Assembly (NCBI GenBank): GCA_002633005.1
Contig: NMRA01000277.1
Coordinates: forward strand, 308,431 to 372,430
Direction: 5' to 3'
DNA length: 64,000 nt
Source of the DNA: Phoronis australis
Taxonomy: Eukaryota > Animalia > Phoronida
In this document: positions 51,695 through 63,600 of the stretch, piece after piece
Layout: every line of letters begins with the position of its first letter
How positions within the stretch are numbered: the stretch's first letter is position 1
Notes under the pieces: generated by a model
What the model saw: only the letters and a program-made list of their open reading frames with translations
Database searches by the model: none
Told to the model about the DNA's origin: nothing
Translations under genes and position numbers: made by a program

Positions 51695-52750
51695 CATTTT
51701 GCTTTTTTGCGTCACTAAGACACTGTCGTTATCAAGGGGATTTTGGTGGGGTGCAAAAATCACGAAGTGATAACCTTTGGTCAGACTAAAAAGTGATTGT
51801 GATTTTTATAACTAATCATTAATAGTCTCACCACTGTTTGCCAGAATTTAATTTTCTAAAATCAAGGCCGACCGGTGGTACTGGCAGGAAGAAATGACCT
51901 CTTCTTGCTAATAGTAATCGAATAGGATTGAGCTCCACCACCAAAGGGTTTGACTGCGATTGCTAGGCTTCCGGTTCGAGTCCGTGCTGGGCTGGGTGTA
52001 TTTAAAAAAAATACTTTACTCGCCGATTGTGTCATGTTTAAATGACGCAAAAATTTTAAAAGATTGAAATACACAGATCCATAATGATCTGGCTCAAATT
52101 CCGACCCTCTCGGCTATGAACAAATTTTTAGGCGGATGAAGTTATCGCATATTATATTATAGACTTAAATAACATTACAAAGGCCATCAACAAAATTTAA
52201 TGGTAAGTTTGTTTCGTAATAACAGCCACTGCCCCACTCAACAGTTTAAATTCATTCAATCACCGTATCGGACACTGGTGGCGATTCACTGTTTGGGGTT
52301 TCGATTCCTGATTACTAAGTGCCGGCACATTTTGAGTTTACCGCGGTGTCCAACATTTTCTACCAATTACTCAGTGTCTTTTGATTGAACAGTAGATAAC
52401 AAAGCGTGTTATTTATTCACCCCCCTAAACTGCTATAGGTTAAAAAGCATTGTATCAATTTATGGACCAGTCATTGGTATATTCTTGAAAATCAATGGAC
52501 ATATCAAGTACAGGAAATTACTTTCAATTAACATCCTCGATAGATTCAGAAAATAGGATGTTTCTAAAAGCACCGCTGGGTCAGCAGTCTATGCATTTAC
52601 ATCATTTTTCAATATTCGACAAAATTATTGTTGCAGGAGCCGAAACTTCAGGAAAAACATAGAAGGCCGCGTGCACTGGAAATGAAGTTTTTCGTCTGTT
52701 TGAGAATAATACAGCTATGATAAAAGAGTTGATTGGGTTTGCATGGCTGA

Positions 52751-52821
52751 GCACTGGTGGTTCAGTGGTAGAATTCTCGCCTGCCACGCGGGAGGCCCGG
52801 GTTCGATTCCCGACTAGTGCA
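52751..52821 (+). tRNA. tRNA-Gly(GCC) variant
   Basis: 3' side CCCGACTAGTGCA gives one T-stem C:A mismatch and one acceptor G:U pair; anticodon GCC intact. Confidence 0.88.
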
Positions 52822-53090
52822 CATTTTGTGTTTGTTGCGCAAGACTGATATTGTAGTTATCACGAGGACAAACATTGAAGTTACATGTATTAGCATTGGA
52901 ACTTTCTCGAATTCCAATCGTTTGGCACTGGTGATCAGTGTTCGGGTTCGGTGGACAGCGAGTGCCGGCGATACATGTCGTATCTGCAGCGTCGGTCATT
53001 TTTTATTCATTACTGACCATTGGTCGAATATTAAATTTCAAAGAGTGTTATTTTCATTTAAACGAAATTCCTATTTATTACAAAGACCTG

Positions 53091-53338
53091 GGGCCCGTTC
53101 CAGCAAAATTGACTTAGCTAAGAAAAATCTTAAATTTTAGTAAATTTTAAAATAAAAGATAAAGTTGTCCCAAAACCAATTCAAGAAAGAGATTTTAAGT
53201 TTGACTTAAGTGTTTGACACAAGTTTTGTCTTAATTTTGACTAACTTGCCGAATGTGGAAGTTTCAAAGTTTTGAATTTAAGACAAATCTTAAACTTAAG
53301 TCAAAAATGAACTTAAGTCAGTTTCTTGGAACAGGCCC
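53091..53338. mobile_element. Harbinger-type MITE, copy 2
   Basis: TIR GGGCCCGTTCCAGCAAAATTGACTTA / TAAGTCAGTTTCTTGGAACAGGCCC; CTG / CAG flanks. Confidence 0.75.
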
Positions 53339-53684
53339 CAGTATCATTTTTTTAGTTTTGACAAACAGATCATCTTATCAAGAAACACTTTTGGTTAAAG
53401 GCGAAGGCAACCTTTTTCCATGTCTAAAATTACAGCTTTTCGTAATTTTATTAATTACTCGTCCGCTACTGCCGAAGTGACGTTTTAGGAGGTAAGCGTT
53501 TCCCGCCACTTGGCTTTGCCTTTACTTTACCGTGCGAATCTGTTCTATTCTACTTTTGTTTTGTGCTGTTTTTCAACAATTGTCGCCACCACTTTCCATC
53601 GGCGAGTATTCTGCGGCAAGATATGTTAGTAGAGAACTCAACTATGTTGGATTTAGGGAATGTTTAGTGTGTTGTAAGCTGTAA

Positions 53685-54155
53685 ATGGCTGGAGTCGGTG
53701 ACCCGTATCTCAGTGACAGTAGTGTGAGTGACGGAGACCTTGTTCACAGCAGTGGTGACGAGGAATTTTTTCACGGAAATTCAGTGGTTGGGTACATGTT
53801 TGAGCCCGAGTGTAACGAGGCAGAGTACGCAAAGGCATAGGCAGCTGTTGAGAGAAACGAGGCGGCCACTGAGGACAGACGTGGTGACACATCTTGGTGC
53901 AAATGCACTGTGTGCGTTGTTATGCCTACCTCAATGGAATGCTTGTGCTGTTCAGAGTTCGACGAGGCCAAGCCACTACTGGACATGGTTACGTGGACCT
54001 CCGGCATACCACGGACACTGAGAGGAACAACTGTCCCGCACTCAGTTGCCAGAGTCTCCCGCGACACACTCCCACTAGATGGTGACCTGAGCACCCAAAC
54101 TGCTTACATCGTGTCGTGTGACTCCCTCGCCACACACCTGGCACCTTCTAAATAG
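53685..54155 (+). pseudogene. KolX / P2X7-ballast-like Cys-rich protein, truncated, one in-frame stop
   Basis: MAGVGDPYLSD...GYMFEPEC...AKA*...RRGDTSWCKCTVCVVMPTSMECLCCSEF; YMFEP and WCxCxxCxxMPTxxECxCC motifs; TAG at 53838-53840. Confidence 0.78.
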
Positions 54156-54250
54156 ACAAGTCCACAATAAACTTATCAAAGTTTGGCTCACCGATCAGTT
54201 CACTGCACGACAAACTGTCCTCTCCACTGGGTGTCGAACTGGTCCTGTAA

Positions 54251-54790
54251 TCACGTACATGTACATGTACTCCCAATACTCAATATCGCTGCAGCGCTGC
54301 TTAGAGGCTCTGGGGTGGAGAAAACAGCACAGGGCGAATCACTACTGGTTCCAGGAATTGCACGCTCTGGGGTACGTTCGGAGGCACGGGTGGCAGTTGA
54401 TGAAGTGCCTCCACTGGCTCCAGTCACTGTACTGGCCACAGCTCGCAAAGCTTCTCGCCTCAAAAACGCACTTCTCGTTGGTGGCGACGGGGCACTGCCG
54501 GGAATCAAAACAGACGGAATGGCATCCTTCTTCAGGCGTTGTTTCGCAGGGACCTTCATCAGTTCAGCGTACAAATCCCTTTCGTAACCGGAGGGCAGAA
54601 AGTGCTTGCCACACACACGGTAATTCTCCACTGCTTTGTACGTTGCGTGGACGGGTAACGCTGCGTTCTTCACACGAACGAGCCAAGTACGGCGAAGTGT
54701 GTCATCCATCGGAAAGCGATGCAAAGGTACTCCCAAAGCGCGCGTGAGCCGATAACTAGTACATTTCGGTACGCAGCAACAGTGTGGCAT
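54251..54790 (-). CDS. THAP-domain N-terminus of Kolobok transposase (truncated, no DDE domain)
   Basis: MPHCCCVPKC...LHRFP...RRTW...RVCGKHF...RLKKDAIPSV: complete C2CH THAP signature with AVPTI-like box. Confidence 0.85.
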   Translation of the reverse strand: MPHCCCVPKCTSYRLTRALGVPLHRFPMDDTLRRTWLVRVKNAALPVHATYKAVENYRVCGKHFLPSGYERDLYAELMKVPAKQRLKKDAIPSVLIPGSAPSPPTRSAFLRREALRAVASTVTGASGGTSSTATRASERTPERAIPGTSSDSPCAVFSTPEPLSSAAAILSIGSTCTCT

Positions 54791-55254
54791 GTTGACTGAC
54801 TAGTAAATGAAAGCAAACGACGGCGGAACTTAACACAACGGAGGTAGAACAATGACTGACTCGGCAGCTCTCACCGTCAGACTATGAAAAGAAATTGGCG
54901 CGAAATGCTTGCCTCCTAAAACGTCACTTCCGCAGTAGCAGACGAGTAATTAATAAAATTACGAAAAACTGTAATTAAGTGGAAAATATGTCTAGGATAA
55001 CCAACCAACCTTATTTTAGCTCAAAATGACATGGAAAAAGGTTGCCTTCGCCTTTAACTGTCTTCAAGTGATTGAAAACTAAGATCATTCTAAAAACCCG
55101 CCGGGTCATCAGTCTCTATAAATTTAAATGCACATCGCAATTCAGTATTCGATAAAATTATCGTTGCAACAACGGAAACTTCAGGAGGCCACGAGTAGAA
55201 TGAAATTGTTTGATGATAATGCAACTGTGATAAATAAGTGCATCACTGAATATC

Positions 55255-55355
55255 GCACTTGGGGTTATGTCGTAGATTCCCCGTCTCTTACGCGGTAAGC
55301 CAAGGTTCGTCTCCCACGCGCATGGCCAGGCCGGGTTCGACTCCTGCCTAGTGCA
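55255..55355 (+). pseudogene. Decayed tRNA-Gly copy
   Basis: gcacttggggttatgtcgtagattccccgtc...ccgggttcgactcctgcctagtgca; upstream 55070-55230 resembles the array spacer. Confidence 0.6.
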
Positions 55356-55737
55356 TCAGCATTCTTTTCCACGGAAGAAAATTACCACGTTTACCTTTAC
55401 TCACTATAGGTTGCTGAATAATATTTAGCTTTCATTGTGTTTGATTCCATGCAAATTTTGATTTAAAAGTTCGTTTTTCGAGGAACGAAATCTCTGTTTA
55501 TGTAAATATCATCTTTTTCAGTGAGGCGTGGAATATGTTGCAAGTAGTTTATCCCGTTCAATCTCTGTTCTTCAAGAAAATAATCAATTCTAGGAGCATT
55601 CGACATGCAGAGCATGCAGACTATTGACGGGTATCCCGGGGATTATGGGAGACGGAGCATTCGTATTAGGTGTGTTTTTGCTCATTTCAGAGGTATTGTA
55701 CCTATAACAGTTTACGATGTAAACTTGAACTCCACTG

Positions 55738-55967
55738 CAGTGGCTGATCTACGTTTTCAGTAAGGGGGGCTAGGATTCGAGCGAATCCGAGGCGCGTAGC
55801 GCCGAGTGGAAGGAAGGGCGGGAGGAGTTTCCCTCTCCCGTGTAATTTTTTTTTGTGGTTTTTGTTGTTGATTTCGATTTTCTGGCGAAAATGTTTCAAT
55901 TTTTATTTTTCATCCTGTCCCGAGGGGGGATTTGAACCCCCTGAGCCCCCCTGTAGATCCGCCTCTG
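55738..55967. mobile_element. hAT-like MITE with 5-bp TSD
   Basis: TIR CAGTGGCTGATCTAC / GTAGATCCGCCTCTG; CACTG on both flanks. Confidence 0.75.
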
Positions 55968-56295
55968 CACTGACGAAAAAGCTGAAATTTTTGTTTATGA
56001 TTGTGCGAGTTCTTTGAGTACACCATCTCGACATGTACATGGTCATCACAAATAGTAGACTAGAGAGCAAAGTTTTCCACATGTGGGAATTCCTTACAAA
56101 CAACTGATAGTGACCTTCTTCAAAAGAGATACTATTCTTCCCATACTACGGGAAACAGTAACATTATTTTATAACTAACCATCGTAAATAGTCCTTTTGT
56201 GTAACTCACAAGTAGTGGTCTTCACGTTCTTCAAAATTCCGCCCTTTCGATGGCGGCAATCCTTAAGTATTGTTTCACATTTTGGATGTTTGTGT

Positions 56296-57281
56296 CGAAT
56301 GGTTGTGCTGTGCACGAATGTTTTTTTTTTGGTGAATTTGAACTCTCAACAGTCCTCGTGAATACTTGACAGTGTCGGATTTACATATAGGGTCTGGCAA
56401 AGGACATTTTCTCCCGAACTGCTACAACGAGAGAGGGTGCCGTCTGAAATGGGACACCTTAAGATGAAAGGCTAAACATCAATAAGCTTGGAAAAAAGAG
56501 TGATAGTTTATTCCACCGTCGTGTGGTCCCAAAACAATGCAGCTAGTGACCTCCTTAAACATGAAGTCCGGTTGCACGATTTCACAAAAAAACAGAAAAA
56601 TAGAGATAATCGATTCCAACATCGGTCCCTCTCTCCGAGATTGTCCCCTTAAGAATGTGTCTATAAAAACACAAAAAGGTGCCACCTGAATGTCATCAAT
56701 GGGCCTCCTTCAAGGGCGGGGTCCGTAAATATGAAAATATCTGTATTTTCAAATATCAGGATATATGTTACTGTATTTTTCAGGTCACCAATTTTCCTCA
56801 AGTGATACTATACAGTTTCGAGAAAAAAAATAAAGCGAAAGTTGCCTCCGTTATCCCGGCCTTGCTTAGAGGGCCGGCCTCTGGAGTATATTAGTTTTGC
56901 ATTCACAAAAATGACATTGAAATTAAACATACAGTAAATTAGTACGCCTCCGCAAAAGCTTCGCTTTACAAATTTTCTCATTTTTGCCAAATATATCTGT
57001 GCGTTTAGCCGACCTGTGCTGCGGAGACCCTAATGACAATGTCCTGGCCAGGTCCTCCTAGAAAAGGCCAATGACCATGCACTGATGCAGACGCCGCGGG
57101 GAGTTGTTAAATGTTCTATTGATTTTTTTCTCTTATCCGTATTTCGCAGTCTTTCTCTTCTCGGCTGTCCCCGTCGCCACGCCTACAGTATGTCGGTTGC
57201 CACGGCTTGACCCTGACGCCTGAAAAAAATTTTGGGGGTGGCGTGCCCCGCCCCCCCCCCCACCCGCTTCCTACGGCGCTG
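56296..57281 (+). repeat. About 950-bp diverged direct repeat, copy 2
   Basis: Colinear with 47841-48793. Confidence 0.85.
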
Positions 57282-58240
57282 CTGTCTGAGACAAGAAATC
57301 ACACCCGCTAACTTGGTTAAGGAATAATTCGAGGCCGATTCCATGGTTGATATAGTTGGTCTAAATCACAAGTGTGTTTTTTAACGGAAGGTGCATCAAT
57401 TATAACCGTTGTGATGCCCAGGCTTTGAAAGGATTCCGTGGCATGTTCGCGGCTTGTCTTCATATGTTGTACAAGTTCCCTGGCGATACCTCTTAAATAC
57501 AGAAAACTTGAATGTCGAGCGGCTATAAACACGTCTGCCGTCAAACAAACCAATTTACTGAGATTGATGAAACTGGTCTTACAATGTAATTATCCGGCGT
57601 TCGTCAAAATAGATATGACTTTATGATGTGGAGTACGCAATGAGACTCATGGGTAGTTGAGCTTCAGTTGTTATGGCGCACGCTCAGGTTCCGACTCAGC
57701 TGTCACGGCGTGTCAGCTTAACTCGATGCGCTAGACATCGGTCAGTAATTACTACCAGATAAGACCAAAAACCCGTCTCATCTGAGTAAGTGGTGCAAGA
57801 CCAATATCGATCAGGACCTAATAAAACTGGTGTCAGTGCCCTGTGTGTAGGGCACTGAGTTTGGCAGGTAGACCTAGTGGGTATTGTACCAGGCAGTGTG
57901 ACTTGAATATAAATAACGTCAGTGTGAGTATACTCAAATTCCACAGAATTTCACTTTTAAGTGATTCAAAAATCACTGAAATTCTGCATGTTTTTTTTTT
58001 CTCACGATTAAGTACATTTGAAGACGCTGGCCTCCTTTTGCAGAGCAACTTGGGACTTGCAAGCCATTGACCGGTTACTTCTGCCCTCTGTTGGATTTTT
58101 TTCCATAACAACAAACCAGCGCCATCTATCCTGTGCATTTTTATGTCAATCGATCACAGCTTCGTTCGTCAGGTTGGAAGTCAAAATTGATGCGAATGGT
58201 AAAGCGATAATGACAATCCATGAAACTTTAAACGTACGAC

Positions 58241-58344
58241 ATGGAGTTTCCATTCAGTATTAACGTTCTGTTTCACCGTGAAGTCACCATACTGGACAAT
58301 CGGTTGATGCTTTTTGCCCAAAAATGTCGACACGGTCAAAGCAG
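58241..58344 (+). CDS. ATAT1: Alpha-tubulin N-acetyltransferase 1, coding exon 1
   Basis: MEFPFSINVLFHREVTILDNRL matches ATAT1/MEC-17 N-terminus MEFPFDVDALFPERITVLD; donor CAG|GTACGT, phase 2; not in ORF track. Confidence 0.92.
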
Positions 58345-59735
58345 GTACGTTGTCCCAGTTGACACTAATTGGGTCTGAAAACAGCAGCCGCATGCCTTTT
58401 GTGTCTATCATTAGTTGCTGTTGAAGGCCGTGGGTTTGAACTAGTTGCCTGTTGACCAGTTCCACCCACGTGTGCTCCAGTTTGGCTTCGTTGGTATTAG
58501 CAAGTGACCGTTCACTGCTCCAGGGCTGGGAATGTAACCGACTGACTTTTCGGCAAATCATGCCTGACATAGATTAAAACACCAAAATAAAGTATAAAGT
58601 ATAAGCATAAAGGACATCTTACGACTAGGTGGAAGTAAGTCTTCTGGAAAATGCCGGGTTACCAAACCAATAGTTGCGGGTCGGCAGTGGCCGCGAACCT
58701 CATTAGTCATCCTGAGCAATTGCAACCCAAAGGCGAAATTAGAGCTAGCTGTGGCACCGCGCCGCAACACAGTATGCACCCGGCATTCGCCAGATGATAG
58801 ATGGCCCCAGATGGTAGTGAACAACACTGCTCGCGGTTAGGCACTATGACAGTGAGTGATTTTTACCCAACTCTCTCCACCGACTGGTATGGGGTCGTGG
58901 CAGGAGGTGGTGACATGTGCACGGAATTGAATTTTGAGCAGGTTTCTGTGGCAGAGGAAATTGTTACCGTTTAAATGGTAAAAATGTTTTCCTTTGTGCA
59001 ATTAATTTACCCTATATCATGCCATTGTTGCGTAATTCGATGAAATGTTTCGGACGTATGGCGGCCCTGTGGGATGGCCACCATCTCTACTGGGGCCAGT
59101 TGAGATGATTGCTGTCTGCTTATTGCCTAGTTGATGCACCATCGCTGCACTCTCACAGGCGAAGTATAGGCAATACATGACTACAGTTCTTTTTGTGTTG
59201 ATCGTATGATATTCAGGAGTTGACTTTTGACACCAAAAGTTTGTCTATGTGGGATGTGTCAAATGAGAGTTTTTGAACAGCTAGTTTAGGCTTCATGTGA
59301 TTGCACAGAATATTATGACGGTCACCACCTTTCCATAACCTACTACTTTTATAAGAATAGACAGCAGACGTTAAAATTGGGCATTTCTGACCCACAAAGT
59401 TGAGTCTGTAATACGAAAAATGAAAGTTATGGAAAATTCAAAGGGGGTCCTGTAATTAGAGGGAATTGACCTTTCATAAGAAACCAAAGATATTAATTAT
59501 CGCACTTATAACTTAAATTGTCTCTGGGTTGAACAGCCAGGTGGCGATAAAAGTCACCATTTTCACACGTTCAAGTACCCACTGTGTCCTGAAAGTCTCT
59601 CATGAAATGTGGACAATCATTTTTCTTTTTCGAAGTTCTCAATGGTGACTCCTTGAAAGGCACCACATTACTAACCTGTATCTGACCTGCAACCAGGCAG
59701 AACAAGATTCATTATTAAGTCTGGTTTGTTTTCAG

Positions 59736-59888
59736 CTCTGAAGCATACAAACAGGTATGCACTGTGATTGACAAGTTGGGGGAGGGGTCTGCAAAGGCCC
59801 AGGGTCTCCCTGCCGTGATTACTACGGCCAGGAAGCTGGAGTTCTCGGATCACAGGCTGTACATTGTCAAAGATGCAGATTGCAATGA
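59736..59888 (+). CDS. ATAT1: Alpha-tubulin N-acetyltransferase 1, coding exon 2
   Basis: SEAYKQVCTVIDKLGEGSAKAQGLPAVITTARKLEFSDHRLYIVKDADCN; TTTTCAG acceptor, GA|GTAAGT donor, phase 2-2. Confidence 0.95.
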
Positions 59889-60498
59889 GTAAGTTAATAG
59901 TCATCTGATCACCAGTCTATTGGGTTTTCTCGAGCATTTGTCTTATAAGGATTTTTTCAAGTCAGAGAATTAGGAGAAGTGTTGAGTATAGGCAACAGGG
60001 GGCACTTCGTTTAGAAATAGAGCTCTGGTAAGGCGCGCAGGTTTATACAGTACAAGAGTCAAAAGTATTCAGACAAAATTACGTGGAATATCCCGTCATG
60101 ATCATGATGACCTGGGTTAAGCTGAACTCATCATCAGAGTAGTGTTCTCTCAAGACTGAGAATGAAGTAAAAGGTAATTAATGTAGAAAAGTTAGTAAGG
60201 CGGTTATAAGCCTTTCTTCAATTAGAATTTTAACACCATAATTGTTTTAACCATTACTTTTTACTGTCATTAGCTATCATGATGAGGAAATGGTATTTTG
60301 TCTGATTACTAATTGTCTTAAACTGTACACGAAAACTATGACTATATTAGGAGAAACGTCTATTTGTGCATGCACGTGTGCGTGTGTCTGTCTGTCTGTC
60401 TGTGTTTCCGTGTGTGTATGGCCATTTAACAAAATTAACAGCATGTTATGCAGTTGCAAGGTGTCATTGACATTGTTGATCTCGTTGCGTTATTTCAG

Positions 60499-60670
60499 TG
60501 GCAAGGGTGCAGTCGTTGGAATTATTAAAGTGGGACCAAAACGGTTGTTTGTTTACGATCGTCAAGGCAACCAACATGAAGTGGATGCACACTGTGTCCT
60601 AGACTTCTATGTGCACGAGTCACGACAGAGGTTGGGTTATGGGAAGAAGCTGTTTGAGTCAATGTTACAG
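60499..60670 (+). CDS. ATAT1: Alpha-tubulin N-acetyltransferase 1, coding exon 3 (gene continues beyond window)
   Basis: [20 protein letters not shown]...[26 protein letters not shown] with GNAT acetyl-CoA motif QRxGxG; CAG|GTAGGT donor. Confidence 0.96.
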
Positions 60671-63600
60671 GTAGGTGTGGCTGCTGTGGGGGGGTGTGGC
60701 TACAGTGAGGGGGTGTGGCTTCAGTTATAGGAATGTGGCTGAAATGAGGAAACTCTTAACAGCTTGGAGCCACACAATCACAAAAGGCCCTGCTGGAAAA
60801 TATTACACACAGCTGTCATTCTCCAATATCAAGTTTCTGAGCCCAGTTTTCGATTACTAACCCATTCTCGTCGACTGATCTTCATTCAGAATCAGATGTC
60901 AGTTTCTAATATGTCTAACTAGGGCCTTAAGAGCAGAATTGTCCACATTTGGCTTCCTTTGGAACACCATGTACCAGAAAGGGGTGAACAGGTTACATGA
61001 CACTTTCAGATACGAAACATGCTATGTGGACCGTTCTTAAAGCGCTGTTAGGAAAGCTGCTGTTGTGCTTTAAGTGACGAGGATTTTTACTATAAAATTG
61101 GAAAAATAGGCCCATGGGTGGATATTTGAAATTAATGACCTTTCAAAAACGTCAAGTGAAACCGAATGTACGACTAAGCGCATGTTCCAGAAATCAGGGG
61201 GCGTATTTTGGGGAACTGTGTCAGTTATCTTTGATGCAGCTTTACAGCAAATAATTCTCACTTTTTATTGACTCAAGACTTTTCAAAGTACATAAAACTG
61301 TTAGTTACCAGCAGTCAACCAATATATTTTGAAATGATAATCATGAGTGAAATCAGGTTTACAGACCATATTGTCTTGCCAAAATGAACAAAATTTTATT
61401 ATTATCATAATTCACATCAGATACAATAAATTCTCACCAGCTTCATTCACAATTCTGCCGACATATGAAATCTTACTTTTAATCATTTTTTGCAAAGTTA
61501 CGTAGACATGCTTTATCAACAGTTTGAAAAATTGTTGTCATTCATAGCAATATTAAAAGCCATTTAAAAGTGAAAAAGGGCAATTTTGGTGATTAATTTT
61601 GACCAATTTTGTTGATATTCTTCACTACGAGGTAGTAAACAAAAGAAAAGGACTAATTTGCAAAATGTTGGCTTGGGGAATTTTTTTTTCCCAATTTCAG
61701 TTTGGTTTAATTTTATTTGTTTATTCTAACTGCACCTGGCATGTTTTCAGCTGATTTTGAAGTAAACAACATGCTTTTATGTCCTGCAAGAACTTGTGTT
61801 GTTTCTCCTCCGTTAATTGTTGATCTACGTAGTAAGTCCCATGCTCATTGAAAATTTGCATCTTTTGGTTGTCATTGGCAACTAATTTTGTTGGGTCAAG
61901 ATGAAGGATAATCATAGTGTTCACATTTACCGCACCCTGATTGGCTGGAATTGCTAAGTTGATTAACATTTCGAACATTTCGGAACTGTGCATTGGATGA
62001 TCATTTAAATCTCATTTTGCAAAAAAAAATAAACAATGACCTCACAAGCCTATGAAAAGATCCTGATGCGATTCGATTCGTCCTTCCCCTGGTTTCAGTG
62101 AATGTGATTACAGTGTGAGAGCATAATACTATGATGTACACATATTGAGTCTGCATGTTGATTGCATTCAGACTTGACATGCATACATAATTGGGTGATA
62201 CATGTGTATGGTTTTATATTTCTCATCCTTGCTACATTAACTTTATTGATCTCTTCATTCCCAGAAGTTATCCATTACACAATAATACTTTTGCAGTTTC
62301 CCTTCAACTGAAAGAATCCATGGAGTTATTGATTTTCAAGTTTTCCATTTGATTCGGTGTGATTGTTTAAATAAATTACAAATTGAAAAGCGTTGTATGC
62401 ATTGACTACAAAGTAATGACAGTTGTCTTTGATACAGAACTATTGATTCTGTTCCAGTGTCAAAGCAAATTAATATTTTTAACTTTTTGACTCCATTTGC
62501 TATATGCTGCTATATGGATGCAGTGGACACTTGTTATGTTTGATTGGCATCAGTTAATTTCCTTACTTTGTTGTTGACGATGTGACCTATTTTGTAGAAG
62601 TTAATTGGTGATTAGTTCAAAACTAACAGTAATTTCACTATTTGTTTAGCCTACTGTATGTCTAACTTTGGTTACATTCCTCAGTTGAGATAGCAATCAT
62701 TTCTATGTACATGTATAGGCAGGTTTAAGTAAAAAAGTTCATTTGGGATTGTTATACTAAATAATTATTAGGATTCATGCATGTCAATTTGTTAAGTTTT
62801 CATACATTCGTTGGTTGGGAGATTAAAGAATACGCTAAAATGTTGTCAATTTCAGACAAAAATTTACTTTCAAAATAGACATATTTTCACTTTCGAGGAT
62901 TTCTTACCCTGTGTTTGCACTTAATTTCTCAAAGCATGGTACATGATGGTACATGATGGTACATGTACAGTAACAATGGCCATTCCAAGTACCCAGCACA
63001 CCCACTTACTACTTACATGTATATGTAGGGCATGAAATTCCTAATTAACGAATTGCAAATCTATGTTTGACAGATGACCTGCAATTAGCTTCCCTACACA
63101 ATTAGCTGATGGTGGTTAGATTAGAGTTGCCTAACAAATCAAGATGTCTGTATTCACATTTTCATTTGTCTAATAGATTGTGTAATCAAATGGGTCCTAA
63201 TAGTGTCTACAGCTCATAAGCCCCTTTCACACCATGTCAGTTGTCATGATGCAACTTGATCCTGACCACTGGATCAGCATGAGTCACTTACATGAAGACT
63301 GTCTGTGTGTGCTTGCATAAACAACAGCGAATATGCAAACCATGTGAATTGCCAGCTGATCACCCCAATATATGCTATTGCCCAAGAGCATTAAGATGAT
63401 CCTTTCCACCCTGCCAAAGTTGTGTTTAGATGTGTAATTGAAACTGGAGCAACTGATCCAGTGTAACTTAAAAAAAAAATACAAATAATTGCAGGCGGTC
63501 TGGTACACGTTGTACCAAATGTGCGCAGGCCGTGCATGTGGGCCATTGCACTGATCACCGGGAAATATTTGCTATGTTATTAATATAAATGTAACTTGCT

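Larger units (their letters stand above)
48880..52830 (+). repeat. Tandem array of about 1.13-kb units each carrying tRNA-Gly
   Basis: tRNA starts spaced 1141, 1123 and 1127 bp apart; spacers nearly identical between units; decayed further unit at about 55070-55355. Confidence 0.95.
53399..55053. mobile_element. Internally deleted Kolobok DNA transposon with convergent KolX-like and THAP ORFs
   Basis: TTAA on both sides (53395-53398, 55054-55057); termini AGGCGAAGGCAACCTTTTTCCATGTC / GACATGGAAAAAGGTTGCCTTCGCCT; inverted homology about 120 bp. Confidence 0.88.

Noticed and set aside
49205-52787. Repeated small ORFs MAGENST... and MVSLFR...
   Set aside because: Arise from antisense tRNA-Gly and spacer repeats; no coding evidence
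48880-52830. CRISPR-like regular spacing
   Set aside because: Units are about 1.1 kb with identical spacers in a eukaryotic context; it is a tRNA tandem array
54118-54747. 209-aa and 134-aa + strand ORFs
   Set aside because: Antisense shadows of the THAP ORF in the Kolobok element
58181-58827. Minus-strand ORFs of 129 and 89 aa that looked like a two-exon gene
   Set aside because: No recognisable motif; 58181-58570 is antisense to the clear ATAT1 first coding exon
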